64,000 nucleotides of DNA from Octopus sinensis. Lineage: Eukaryota. A program made the translations under genes and the position numbers. The stretch's first letter is position 1. Each line of letters starts with the position of its first letter. The stretch spans positions 32,364,001 to 32,428,000 of the forward strand of contig NC_043016.1 in assembly GCF_006345805.1 (NCBI RefSeq). Direction: 5' to 3'. The notes below the pieces were generated by a model. That model was not told where the DNA came from and searched no databases. It saw only the letters and a program-made list of their open reading frames with translations. Positions 1 through 13,521 of the stretch are shown here, piece by piece.

Positions 1-82
1 ACAAGAGTCGGAAGTAAGTCGATTACATCACGACCCCTGCCACTCCAACTCCCTCAGTGTTCAACTGGTACTTATTTTATTG

Positions 83-182
83 NNNNNNNNNNNNNNNNNN
101 NNNNNNNNNNNNNNNNNNNNNNNNNNNNNNNNNNNNNNNNNNNNNNNNNNNNNNNNNNNNNNNNNNNNNNNNNNNNNNNNNN
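83..182. other. Assembly gap (100 N)
   Basis: Run of N; fixed 100-N size typical of scaffolding joins. Confidence 0.99.
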
Positions 183-438
183 CTAATATATAAATGAAAT
201 GACCATCCTGAAATACAACAATACACACACCATACACACACCACACACACATATTATCAATTTACACACACACATACCTAAAATATGTGGTGATCTAAAT
301 CTATCTATTTTACAGCTTCTACTCTAATATATACGTATGAGTATTTCCATTTCAATATATTATATTTTATTCTATTTTACGAAGCGATAATCAAATATAT
401 CCTAAGAGCGTTTCTTCAATATATGTTGTTTTCAATAG

Positions 439-500
439 CTGCTGCATGCACTAAGCTGAATGGAATAGTGATGATATATAGCTTTAGGCAATTTGGATAT
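439..500 (+). CDS. Candidate coding exon E1 of an unidentified host gene (phase 1 to 0; xAACTKLNGIVMIYSFRQFGY)
   Basis: Acceptor ttgttttcaatAG (437-438), consensus donor GTAAGT at 501; only one of three frames open; end phase matches E2 start. Confidence 0.5.
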
Positions 501-1702
501 GTAAGTACTGTCAGACTGAATAATGCTTAAGTTTACAAAATATGCATGCCTGAAATAGCTGAATCTTTAGTATAATGGTTAAAAATGTGGTTATTGAAAA
601 TAAATGACCAAGTTGAAGTAATTTGACTGCTGTTGCTCAGAAAATGGGTTAATGAAAATGTGTCAGTCTAATTTATCCCTGTTGATTCCAACGCACCCAA
701 GACTACTTTTCTAGTTCTTTATTTAATATGGGGAAAAAAAAAAAATCCTAAATGGTTTATAGCGTTCAAAATTTTCTGTTAAGAAACTTTTGTTGCATTT
801 CAGTCACCGACTTAATATAAATGTTCGTTTTTATTAGTTAAAAAAAAGCTTGAGGTTTTATGGGGAGAGGGGAAAAAAAAAAAAAGCCGGATATTCTCCG
901 AATTCATGACATAAAGAGAGAGAGAGAGTGGTGCTGAGGATATCATTTGCTGGTCTTAATAGCAATGCTATTGCCTCCTCTTGGTTGCGGTGCTTATATG
1001 AGATAAGTTCTTCAATGTAGAGTTTGTTTCTTTGTTGCTTTTTTTATGTCTTTTTTTTTGTTTTTGCTGTGTACTTGTTTTTTGTGAAATGAAATATTTA
1101 ATATATATGTATATATTTGTGTGTGTGTGTGTGTATATATATATAGTTGCAAGCATGGCTGTGTGGCTAAGAACTTTGCTTCCTAACCTCAATGTTTCCA
1201 GTTTAATTTCACTGGACAATTGTCTTCCATAGCCTCAGGTTAATCAGTGTTTTGTGAATGAAATTTGGTTGATGGAAAAAGCAGGCACAAAAATGCTGCA
1301 TCATGAGGAGGGGGAGGAGGAACGTGGTTGTGGTTGTGGGGTGGGGGTGGGGGTGAAGACAGTATGTATGTTTTAAAACTTAATTGCTGTTAAAGCAACT
1401 GTGTATTTTGGTAAGAGTTAACAAATAACAAGATAATTAGTGAATGAATGAAATGAGTGAGTTGGATGGTCATTTTCAAGAAAGGCATCCAGCTGTTAAA
1501 AAGATGTATATAACACAGTGTTTAAGAAGTCGTTCGTATGTAATAATTCCAAAAAAAAACGTTTTTCTGGCCATGTGCACCTTGGAGAAGGTTAAACAAT
1601 TGGCAAAAAATCCCCAAAAAAACTCTCGCTGAAATTTACGAATATGGCCAATACTGATATCATATTCTTTGAAACATCAAAAAAGAAAATCGAGTGTTTA
1701 AT

Positions 1703-1920
1703 GAATCATCATCATCATCATCATCATCATTGACATCATCATCATCATCATCATCATTGTCATCATCATCATCATCATCATCCTCATCATTATCATCATC
1801 ATTATCAACATCATCATCATCATCATCATTATCATTGTCATCATCATCACCATTGTCGTTGTCATCATCATCATCATCATCGTCGTCGTCGTCGTCGTCG
1901 TCGTCATTATCATTGTCATC
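1703..1920. repeat. (CAT/CGT)n compound microsatellite, tail of an RTE 3'-end fragment
   Basis: Triplet repeats running into gtttaacgtctgctttccatgctggcatgg. Confidence 0.95.
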
Positions 1921-2148
1921 GTTTAACGTCTGCTTTCCATGCTGGCATGGATTGGAATGTTGTTGTTATTGTTTTCTTTATCATTGCTGTTGTAATTATT
2001 GCACCAGGTCTACTTTGAAAATGCTTAACTGATATTGTTTAACATAGATAGTAAGAAACTATAGGTGGAGCCAAACAGCGGAAGGTCTGCAGAGAATCTA
2101 TTTCATATTCCTCCTTGACCACATCGACTTGCTGCTTCTGCCATTGCC

Positions 2149-2378
2149 TTAACCCTTTCATTACTGTATTTATTTTGAGATGCTCTGAGTTTCTTTTAAT
2201 TACTTTGGATATAACAAAGAATTTGGTAAAACAACTTTAGTTATCATTCAGCTAGTGTTAGGAACATAAATTGTGACTAAGGTTTGGTGGAAGATTTTAA
2301 TTCAAAACTTAGGAAAACAAGACATTTGTACTACAAAGCCAGTGCCGGTTTCAGCTGGGTTGGTAACAAAAGGGTTAA
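2149..2378. mobile_element. piggyBac-type MITE (uninterrupted copy)
   Basis: TTAA-CCCTTTCATTAC ... GTAACAAAAGGG-TTAA: TTAA TSDs and imperfect 12-bp TIRs starting CCC. Confidence 0.8.
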
Positions 2379-2779
2379 GAGCTCTGGTTCTCTTTCACCC
2401 AAAAATTGAGTGCCGTTTCATGAGATCTTATGCACATCACAAATCCCCTTACACCCTCCTCTATTTTGAGGACTTTGGTTTGGAAGTTAGATTCTCTCAT
2501 GCTGATGGCTAAACTGCCATATTTTTCAATCTTATAGAAATGAAGATTGTGGTTATTATTGTTATTGTTGCATGGTTTCAGACCGATTATATTTGAGCTG
2601 ACTCATGATCACAGGCATTCCAGCCACGATCATCCCATCTTCTAAGACTACAGTCTCCAAAACATTCTTTCCTTATTTAAAATGATAGGAGATAGTGATT
2701 CAAAGAAGCTTTGGCTGCTATCTGTGCCAGGTCAAGTGAACACAGATCAATTTCACTGGCTCATAATAATTGTTGTTGT

Positions 2780-2994
2780 TGTTGTTGCTGCTGCTGTTGT
2801 TGTTGTTGTTGTTACTGCTGCTGCTGCTGCTGCTGATGATGATGATGATGCTTATTTTCATCTGCTTTCCATGCTCATAATTTTCTCCACCCTCATCACA
2901 TCATCATCTTCATCTTCATCATCATCTTCATCAGTATCTTTTCTACTCTATACTACTACAACTACTACTACTACTGCTACTGCTGCTGCTACTG

Positions 2995-3043
<49 letters not shown>

Positions 3044-3175
3044 AACAACTACTACTACTACTACAACGACGACGACGACGACTACTATGACTACTGCTGC
3101 TGCTGCTACTACTACTACTACTTGTCATTGATGTTGTTGATGTTATTGCTGCTGCTGCTGTTGTTGTTGTTGTTG
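2780..3175. repeat. Compound triplet microsatellite (GTT/GCT/GAT/ACT)n
   Basis: Direct inspection; explains poly-V/A/T/S ORFs. Confidence 0.95.
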
Positions 3176-3604
3176 AGCTCAGTCAACTCTACCAATGCAA
3201 ACTTATGTCATAACTTTTTGCCAGTGTTTCTGAGAGGAGAAATTGATCATCGTTAAACACTAATTTAATTGGCCCAGACTTCTTCAAGTGCCTTCTTCAT
3301 ATATTTAATCATGTTCTCATAATTTACAAGTGAACACTTTATTCGAATCTCAAAATTAGTGCAGAATGAGCAAGCAACAGTACAAGTTGGTAATTAATAA
3401 ATAAATAAATAAATTAATAAATTAATTAATACTAGAATATGTCAGGTGTAAACAATGAAATGCAAACAATCTACTCCTGAAGTTTGAATAAAGGGAGTTT
3501 GAACTCCAAGAATGTTACAAAATGTAAAAGGAACCTAATGTAACATTGTGACTATAACAACTAAGATGAGAAGGGCATTCCTCCTTATCATCATCATTAT
3601 CATC

Positions 3605-3638
<34 letters not shown>

Positions 3639-3888
3639 TTTTAACATTCAGTTTTCCATGTTTCCATGTTGGAGCTTATTAAAGCAGATTTTCTATGGTT
3701 GGATGCCCTTCCTGTCACCAACCTTCACCTGCTTCCAATGAAGGTGATATCCCCCTCCACATGTCCAGTCAGTTTTTTTTTTCCTTTTTACACGAAAGAT
3801 TGAAAATCAATGACGTTGCTTGTATAACTGAGACAATCGTTTTACAACTATCGCATGATTGCAAGACAAGGAGACACAAACGCACACA

Positions 3889-3889
3889 T

Positions 3890-3920
<31 letters not shown>

Positions 3921-4282
3921 CATACATACATACATGCATAAATACACACATACATAAATACATACATCCATACATACATACATACATACATATATGCATA
4001 CATACATACATACATACATAAATACATACATCCATACATACATATATGCATACATACATACACACACACATACATGCATAAATACATACATACATAAATA
4101 CATACATCCATACATACATACATATATGCATGCATACATACATACATACATACATACATGCATGCATGCATGCATGCATGCATGCATACATAGATACATA
4201 CATACATACATACATACTTGCATGCATACATACATACATATATGCATACATACATACATACATACATACATACATACATACA
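3889..4282. repeat. (CATA)n tetranucleotide microsatellite
   Basis: Direct inspection; explains MYVC/HTYI ORFs. Confidence 0.97.
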
Positions 4283-5432
4283 TGGTGGCTGCCCCTCGTT
4301 ATCGAGTATGGCCATTGCACGAAGCTTAATCAATGTTGTTATCGTGCAATGCCTGTGCAAGAAGATTTTTTTTAAAGTGAGGAAAGGCTGTGCACTGAGT
4401 CAATCCCACTCACTAAGCAACAGCAGCCATAATCCGAAAAGAAGAACAAGTCAACATCATCGGTAACCACTGAGCCACAGGTTTTATGTCGGAGTTATCC
4501 CAGTTTCCTGAGTTACATTCTCCTAGAAGGATGCCCTAACAAAGGCTAGGAGTCCTTCACTCCCAATGGTTTAATCGCGCGATCGGGTATTCAGTCTGAT
4601 TATTTCTATGTCCCCGCGCATGATACGTCCTTAAGACATTTATTGGATGGCTGTTGACTCCCAAGAGTTCCTCCACCCTTTGACGGGTTTTATTTTTTCA
4701 TCCCGTAGGGTGTCCAATAAACACCCTCCTCACCAAGCAAGCTTGGTGGGGTTGCCGGTTTAGTCGCTGACGACCCGACCATGCAACAGGTTGTACTGGG
4801 TTACATGTTACCAGTAGCACTCAAAAGTGACCTGACATACTTTAATATGCTTCTACCAGAAAACGGGAGGTTGGAGAATCCGGGCATACATACATACATA
4901 TATACAAACATGTATGCGTGTGTGTGTGTATTCATGCATAAATGAATGACATACTTCTTTCAGTTTCCCTCTACCACGTCCACTCACAGGGCTTTACTTT
5001 TGCTTACGCCAGTAGCAGAAGATGCTTGTCCAAGATGCCATGCAGTGGGACTGAACCCAGAACCATCTGGTTGGGAAGCAAACTTCTTACCACATAGCCC
5101 TGACCTGCTGGAAATAAACAACTAAACCTCCTTCGACATTGAACTGTCTTGAATAAAAAAACAGGATCTGTTGATCAGGTTTCAGGCTTAACCTTTTCTA
5201 TACCATATCCTTATCGAAATACGCTGCTTTGGTTTCAGTTAATCCTGAAGATAATGAAGAATTTAAATAACTTTTGTCATTATTAAACAGGTGTTTGGAA
5301 TATATATTAACATAGAATTTTCAATAGAAGGTTTTAATTTAGATCACTTTAACTCTTTTGTTGAAATACACAGCTTTTGTCTCAATCAATTTTCAAAATA
5401 ATGAAGAAATTAGTAAAATAGCATTGCCATTA

Positions 5433-6451
5433 TTAACCCTTTCGTTACTGTATTTATTTTGAGACTAGCAGCATAGCCCGGCGTTGGCCGGGTATGTAAG
5501 AGCCCCTAGTAGGCAACGACTAATCCCAATCTAGTCCTTTCCCTCTAGGGAATGAAGGCGCATGTGTAGGTTGCAATGTCTTCTCTTCACTCCCAAATAA
5601 CTATCAAACAGCTATCGATAATTCAACCCAACCAATTCCTACCAGGAAGAAATTACATTCGAGACTTTACCCCCAACACCGCCACTTCTGCTAATAGCTG
5701 CTGCAGCCGCAAGTTATTCAAATACTTTTTATGTTTACACTTTCTTTATAACTATCACCCCAAACGTTTTACCTTAAATTTTTGACGTACCCTAAGGGTC
5801 CTTGGACGCTACATGCAAACTCTTGGTTTATTATAAACCGCTTTTGTCGTGTGCACCAAAAAACCTTTTCCATTCGTTTGTTCAGTTTGGTCACTTTTGA
5901 CTTTGTTGTCACTCACATTGCTTCCCGCTTTTTTGCCGTTTTTGTACATTTTTATACATTTTGGGATACTTACCCCACGTGTTCCGAGAGTTAAAAAGGT
6001 CGAGTTGCGTCCCCTAGACAGTCTGTAGAAAATGTGTTGCATATAAAAAGCTTAGATTCTCGACCCATGTCGAATTTATCGAATTTTTCAGAACTGGGGG
6101 AACTTTTCAAAATTTTCGCTGCGTTAGTTTTGAATTATGACATTGGGCTACGTGTGTGTCAAGTTTCATCAGAATCGGTTGAAAGCCGTGGTCAGGGTGA
6201 GGGTACAACCTGACAGACACACAGACAGACAAGCTGCCGTTTATATATAGAGAGATGTTCTGTGTTTCTTTCAATTACATTAAATATAAGAAAGAATTTA
6301 GTAAAATAACTTAGTTATCATTCAACTAGTGTTAAGAACATAAATTGTGACTAAGGTTTGGTGGAAGATTTTAATTCAAAACTTAAGAAAACAAGACATT
6401 TGTACTCAAAGCAAGAGCCGGTTTCAGCCAGATTGGTAATGAAAGAGTTAA
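5433..6451. mobile_element. piggyBac-type MITE interrupted by a Helitron
   Basis: TTAACCCTTTCGTTAC at 5433, GTAATGAAAGAG-TTAA at 6436-6451; flanks match the 2149-2378 copy. Confidence 0.75.
5465..6255 (-). mobile_element. Non-autonomous Helitron (791 bp)
   Basis: Minus strand reads A|TCTCTCTATATATAAA ... CTAG|T; perfect CCCGGC/GCCGGG hairpin (5477-5492) near the 3' end; no TSD; empty site visible at about 2180. Confidence 0.85.
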
Positions 6452-6786
6452 GCTGGAATTTTAATGGAAGATTTTAGTTTATATCGCTTTAAAACAGGAA
6501 GATAGCATCACAGAACCAGAGGCATTCTTAGATAGGATGGTATCAAAAGGGTGAACATATAATAAATAAATAAATAAAATAAAATAATGTAAATAAGACT
6601 GGATGGTCAGGTCTGGAATGGTCTTTGATTATTGAACTACTTCATTAAACAACAATAACAACAACAAGTAATGTTAATGCCCCTCTTTTGGATGCAGGAT
6701 CACTTATGGGCTTCTATCACACTCGTCATCACCATCATCACCACCTCTACCATCTCTGTAGGCCACAACCACAGCCACCACTCCAG

Positions 6787-6818
<32 letters not shown>

Positions 6819-7633
6819 GTCGTCATCATCATCACCTCCACCATCTCCATCTACACCACCACAATGGTCATGACCAGAACCATAACCACTGCCCCTATCC
6901 TGATCATCATTACCACCACCAACACCATCGCCACTACTACCACCACCTTCATCATCATTAAGGTCATGATCACCAATAATGATAATAATAATAATAATAC
7001 TGATAATGGTAATAATAATAAAAATAATAATAATGATAATAATAATAATAATCCATTATTTTCTTAATTTCATCTGCTTTCCATGCTCATAATTTTCATC
7101 ACCATTGTTACATCATTATCATCATCAATATCTTTTCTGCTTTCTTCTTCTACTGCTACTACTACTACTACTACTACTACTACTTGTTCTTATGTTCTTA
7201 TTGTTTAATTAATTAATCAAATAAATGAATACATGATGTGTATAAGTTCTTTGACAGATCAATTATTATAAGGACTAAGAAATAAAGAAAAAGAATGAGA
7301 AAAAAGTTAAATAAATAGATAGATAAATAAATAAATAAATAGCTCCATCTCATTTCAGGAAAAATTCCAGACTATTTGAGAAGTCTGATTTTGCTTTACT
7401 ATTTTATTTATCTTTATTATTCTTTATTATTGTTATCATCATATTTTTGCTGTTCACATCTATTTCTCTCTTTTTTTTTCTTTCCTTCTTGGTTTTCATA
7501 ATTTAATTTGATTTTTTCCCCCTTCACCCCCTCCTTAGATTCAGAAAAAATTCCTATAATTCTGTTACTCCATTTCAGTTATATAAATTCTTTGGCATCA
7601 AATCATTCCATCTATTTGTTTCTGAAACTACAG

Positions 7634-7770
<137 letters not shown>

Positions 7771-8235
7771 AAATAAAAACATAAATAGATATATAAAGAA
7801 ACAAAATCAATTGTATTTTTTTTTAAGCATAGAACAGCCAGGAAGATTTTGGGGCTGGAGAATATTCTCATGTCCTGATTGTCCCTGAGTGGATGTGTTT
7901 TATTATTATTATTATTATTATTGTTGTTGTTGTTGTTGTTATATATTTTTGTTAAGAGTTTATTTGGAGGTGTGGTGGTCAGGAGAAGGGTAGGGGTTAC
8001 CATTTAATGTATTCTATTTGTCACACACCCTCCTTTTTTTTCTTTTCCTGACACTTTGGCTCTTTTTTTTTCTCTGTATCATTTTGTTTTAAATCATCGT
8101 CATTATCATCATCATAATCGTTGTTACTGTCACTCATCATCATCATTGTCATCATTATCATCACCAGCACCATCATCTCATTATCATCTTCATCATCATC
8201 CTCATAAATATCACCACCATCCTCATAAATATCAC

Positions 8236-8276
<41 letters not shown>

Positions 8277-8371
8277 ACATCATCATCACCATTTGCTTCT
8301 TGCCCCTATTGCAATTAAAGAAATCATTATCATTACATTTTTTATTATTGTTATTAATATTTTATTATAAC

Positions 8372-8405
<34 letters not shown>

Positions 8406-8583
8406 ACTTTTCTTTTTGTTTCATTCGAAATTCTTGCGCTCTGATATGTCCCATCATCTGAATAATCAAGTGCTTTTAGCAGACTTTTAGGCAAAATGTA
8501 AAAAAAAATTTGGAAAGATAAAAAATTTAAAAAGAAAAAAATTTAAAAGATACAGAAGTTTAAAAACATTAGAGAGAAAGTGA

Positions 8584-8623
<40 letters not shown>

Positions 8624-8929
8624 GGAGGGGGAGAGTCATAGTAAGAGAGAGAGAGAGAAATAGGATGAGATGGAGATGGATCAATGAAGAGTCAGAAATG
8701 AAGAAAAGGAAAGTTTTTTTCTTTTTCTTTTTTTTAGAGTAGAAATCTAATTAAATTGCAAAAATGGAACCATAATCTTTTGTTGATGATATCATTAGTT
8801 ATAGAATGAAGTTTAATGTGTTATTAATGCAAGCAGATGAATTGTTCATAAATACTAATAATGATGTAGAAGGTAATAATGATGATTATTGCAGTAGCTG
8901 TTTTTGTTGTCGTCGTAGTTGTTGCTGCG

Positions 8930-8963
<34 letters not shown>

Positions 8964-8972
8964 TTGCTGTTA

Positions 8973-9203
8973 TAAGGTGGTGAGCTGGCAGAATGATTAG
9001 ACTGTCTGAAAAAATTTCTTTTGCAGTATTTTCCACAACTCTTTTAAATATTCTGAGTTTGAATGCCGCCGAGGTCAACTTTGCCTTTTATCCTTTCGGA
9101 GCGTCAATGAAATAAAGTACCAGTCAAGTACTGGAGTCAATGAAATCAATTATCCCCTTCCCCTGTTATTGCTGGCATGTGCCATAATTTGAAATCATCA
9201 TCA

Positions 9204-9296
<93 letters not shown>

Positions 9297-10130
9297 TTAA
9301 ATGCGGTAAGCTGACAAAATCATTAACAAGTCAGAAGAAATGCTTGCTGACATTTCTTTTGGGTCTGTATATTTTTTTTCTGAGTTCAAATATCATCAGG
9401 GGCAACTTTGCCTTCATCATTTTGGAGTTGGTAAAATAAGTACTACTTAATCACTGGCACCGATGCAATCGACTACCGTCCTCTCTTAAAAATTGTTGAC
9501 CTTGTACCAAAATTTGAAATCATTATTATTATGTCCGCCTTAGTGAAGGCCGAGGTATTGTTTTCAGTTGCGTTTGTTTGTTTGTTTGTCCATGGACAAG
9601 ATATCTCAAGAACTGCTTGATGGATTCGAATGAAACTTTCAGGGACCTTTGGCCTCATGACTGGCAGGAACTGATTAGATTTTTAGGATCAATTCAGTAC
9701 TGAATAAGGAATCTGGATTATTTTTCCTGTTTTTTTTCACTTAACTTTTGAGAGCAGTCGGGTTCATTTTTAGTATTCTCATTAGTGAGACCAGTTGAGT
9801 TTATTTAAGAAATTCTCATTTTAAAAATCATCTCTGGCTAATTGTTGAGAGGATGTTGGTGTTGCCTTGGCGGAAGTTTGCACTCTCTGAGTGCTCTTCT
9901 TGTTGTTTAAGGCAGCAAGCTGGCAGAATTGTCAGCATACTGGGTAAAAATGCTTAGAGGCATTTCACCCGTCTTTACATTCTGAGTTCAAATTCCGCTG
10001 AGGTCAACTTTACCTTTCATCTTTTTGGGATTGATAAAATTAAGTACCAGTGAAACATTGGGGTTGATGTAATCAACTAGTCCCCTTCCCAAAACTTCAG
10101 GCCTTGTGCCTTTATTAGAAAGGATTATTA
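8973..10130 (+). mobile_element. Cluster of three head-to-tail copies of tRNA-derived SINE family B (8973-9196, 9297-9525, 9907-10125) with (ATT)n tails
   Basis: Shared head AAGGCGGCGAGCTGGCAGAA, B-box-like GAGTTCAAATTC, body GGTCAACTTTGCCTTTCATCC...AAGTACCAG; about 20 copies in window. Confidence 0.85.
9527..9903 (+). mobile_element. DINE-1/HINE-like (Helentron-associated) non-autonomous element
   Basis: Subterminal inverted motifs TCCGCC / CCTTGGCGGA, internal (GTTT)n, 3' hairpin GCACTC-TCT-GAGTGC (9880-9894). Confidence 0.55.
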
Positions 10131-10143
10131 TTAGTATCATTAC

Positions 10144-10174
<31 letters not shown>

Positions 10175-10324
10175 TTTTTTTTTCCTTCTTTCTTCAAATT
10201 TTCTTCCGTTTCTCACCAAGTGTTTTCCATACACCCAGGGCAGAGAAGGGCATTGTATGCATTCCCAGATTACACGCGCAAATTCACAGATAAAATATGT
10301 ATTTAAAAATTAATAAATAAATAA

Positions 10325-11045
10325 ATTCATGGATGGATGTTATTTTCACAATGATAGTGCACTTCTCAGTACATGAGCCGTTCCAGTTAATACGATTTTT
10401 TGCACTTCCTGTAGGGATGGTAAGCCTGGAATCATTTTCAAATAGGTTTCAATACCTTTTTTTATCATTCCTAGAGATCCTACAATCACTGGTACTGTAG
10501 TCGCCTTGAGATGCCACATTTTTTCAATTTCTATTAGCAGGGTTTTATATTTACTAATCTTGTCAAATTATTTCGCCGCTATATTGTGATCACAGGGAAT
10601 ACTCATGTCAATTAATAAACACATCCTTTTTGTCTGATCTTTTATAATAATATCCGGCTTATTAGCTTTTATAGTCTTGTCGGGCTGCACGGGGAAGTCC
10701 CATAGAATCGACACATTTTCTCCCTCAGTCACAGCTTCAGGATGATGTTTATACCATTTGTCAGCGGTTTTGATTTTATAATGCCGACATATTGTCCAGT
10801 GTAAATACTGGCCGACTCTGTCATGTCTTGCTTTATATTCTGCAGGTGCTAAGACTCTACACCCTGAGATTAGGTGGTCTATTGTTTCAATCTCATCGTT
10901 ACAGAATCAGCATTTTGGGTCAGCTCCATTTTTCATCACATTGGCTTGGTAGTTCCGGGTTAATAAGCTTTGGTCTTGAGCAGCTAATATGAAACTTTCA
11001 CTCTCTGCTTTTAGCCCTGAGCTTCGTAACCATTGGTGCGTGTGT
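10325..11045 (-). mobile_element. Dong/R4-clade LINE 3' relic (CCHC knuckle plus restriction-like endonuclease), frameshifted
   Basis: Minus translation THQWLRSSGLKAESESFILAAQDQSL...C*FC...ETIDHLISGC...ILWDFPVQPDKTIKANK...PVIVGSLG...VQKIVLTGTAHVLRSALSL*; 5' end abuts (TAA)n. Confidence 0.85.
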
Positions 11046-11084
11046 TATTATTATTATTATTATTATTATTATCATTACTATTAT

Positions 11085-11650
11085 CATTACTGAAAACCAT
11101 CTGAACGCGACCGTAGCCAGTACCGCATCGACTGGCCTCCGTGCTGAGGGCATGTAACAAACACCATCCGAGCGTGGCCGTTCGCCAGCCTCATCTGGCA
11201 CCTGTGCCGGTGACACATAAGGAAAACACCATCGAGCGTGGCCGTCTGCCAGCCTCGTCTGGCACCTGTGTCGGTGGCACATAAAAAACACCATCCGAGC
11301 GTGGCCGTCTGCCAGCCTCGTCTGGCACCTGTGTCGGTGGCACATAAAAAACACCATCCGAGCGTGGCCGTCTGCCAGCCTCGTCTGGCACCTGTGTCGG
11401 TGGCACATAAAAAACACCATCCGAGCGTGGCCGTCTGCCAGCCTCGTCTGGCATCTCTGTGTCGGTGGCACATAAAATCACCCACTACACCTCGGAGTGG
11501 TTGGCATTAGGAAGGGCATCCAGCTGTAGAAACACTGCCAGATCTGACTGGCCTGGTGCAGCCTCGGGCTTGCCAGACCCCAGTTGAACCGTCCAACCCA
11601 TGCTAGCATGGAAAGCGGACGTTAAACGATGATGATGATGATGATGATGA
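11085..11650 (+). mobile_element. RTE 3'-UTR-derived short element with internal 63-bp VNTR (5 units, 11170-11478) and (GAT)n tail
   Basis: Matches the 3' end of the RTE LINEs at 40.7 kb and 45.9 kb; unit starts 11170, 11234, 11297, 11360, 11423. Confidence 0.9.
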
Positions 11651-11774
11651 TGATTATTATTATTATTATTATTATTATTATTGTTATTATTATTATTATT
11701 ATATTATTATTATTATTTATTATTAATTATTATATTATTATTACTATTACTATACTATTATATTATTATTATTA

Positions 11775-12133
11775 TACATTCTGAGTTCAAATTCAGCTGC
11801 AGTCAACTTATCCTTTCATCCTTTCAGAGTTGATAAAATAAATTCCAATTGAATACTGGGGTTGACATAATCAACTATTCCCCCGCTCCGCCCTGGAATT
11901 TCTGGCTTTGTGCCAAAAATTTTCGAAATTTCAGTTTTTATTATTATTATACTGAAATGCTTAGTGGTATTTCACCTGTCACTACATTCTGAGTTCAAAT
12001 TCCGCCGAGGTCAATTTTACCTTTCATCCTTTCGGAGTCAATAAATTAAGTACTAGTTGTGTACTGGGGGTGATCTAATTGACTGGCCTCTTTCCCCAAA
12101 AAATTTTCAGGCCATGTGCTTATAGTAAAAAGG

Positions 12134-12206
<73 letters not shown>

Positions 12207-12338
12207 GTTTGACTTTTGCTTTACATTTGTACAAGTTGGCTCCAAGTCTCACTCAGAGACCTCAAGAGACAACAGGTTGGAAGTTCGTGATGTTGTTATG
12301 GCTAGTGTGCCATATATTTGGTTTTGTATTTAGTGTTG

Positions 12339-12387
<49 letters not shown>

Positions 12388-12450
12388 GAAAGGTGATGAG
12401 CTGGCAGAATCTTTAAAGCATTGAAAAAAAATACCTTGTGATAGTTACTC
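11775..12450 (+). mobile_element. SINE family B copies in tandem separated by (TAT)n
   Basis: Same body motifs as 8973-10130. Confidence 0.8.
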
Positions 12451-12452
12451 TG

Positions 12453-12850
12453 TTACTCTTTTACTTGTTTCAGTCATTTTATTGTGGCCATGCTGGAGTA
12501 CTGCCTTTAGTCGAATCAAATCGACCCCAGGACTTATTCTGTAAGCCTAGTACTTATTCTATCAGTCTCTTTTGCTGAACTGCTAAGTTATGGGGATGTA
12601 AACACACCAGCATTGGTTGTCAAGCGATGTTGGAGGGACAAACACAGACACACAAACATATGCACGCACATACATACATATATATATATACATATAAACG
12701 ATGGGCTTCTTTCGGTTTCCATCTACCAAATCCACTCACAAGGCTTTGGTCGGCCCGAGGCTATTGTGGAAGACACTTGCCCAAGGTGCCACACAGTGGG
12801 ACTGAACATTGAACCATGTGGTTCGTTAGCAAGCTACTTATTACACAGCT
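12453..12850 (-). mobile_element. tRNA-derived CORE-like SINE family A, full length
   Basis: tRNA-like head, CORE-like GGCACCTTGGGCAAGTGTCTTC, internal (TA/TG)n, 3' TGAAACAAGTAAAAGAGTAA; octopus OK/OR2-type affinity is recalled, not aligned. Confidence 0.9.
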
Positions 12851-13309
12851 AAGGCTCTTTACATTCTGTGTTCAAATTCTGCTGTGGCCAATATTGCCTT
12901 TTATCGTTTTGGTGTTGATAAAATAAAGTACCAGGTCAAGTTCTGAAAGGTCAAAATAACCGACCTAACCAAGCTTCCCCTTCAAAATCAGAAATTGTTA
13001 TGATTATGACAAAGTTGGCGTGAGTTGATAGAATTATCAGAAAAAATTCTTTGCATTATTTTTGTTCTGGTTATTTGCTTTCTGAATTCAAATCCCACCA
13101 TGGTCAATTTTGCTTTTCATTTTTCCAGGGCCATTTACTGCTGTTGATGCTATTAACTAATCCCTCTCCACTCAAAATTGCAACGTTTCTGCCTGAGTTA
13201 AAAACCGTTATTGTTGTTGTTCTTGTACATATTTTTATTATTTTTGATGCAGAATTTTTTTAAGAATTCTGCCAGCTCACCACCTTATGAGTTTTAAATA
13301 ATTATACAG

Positions 13310-13412
13310 CTGTCTGTCTATTTATCAGTCAGTCTGTTTGTCTAACTATCTATCTATCCATCCATCCACCCATTCATCCACCCATCCACCCATCCATCCA
13401 TCCATCTATCCT

Positions 13413-13445
<33 letters not shown>

Positions 13446-13477
13446 CTGTCTGTCTGTCTTGTTTGTCTGTCTGTCTA

Positions 13478-13521
<44 letters not shown>

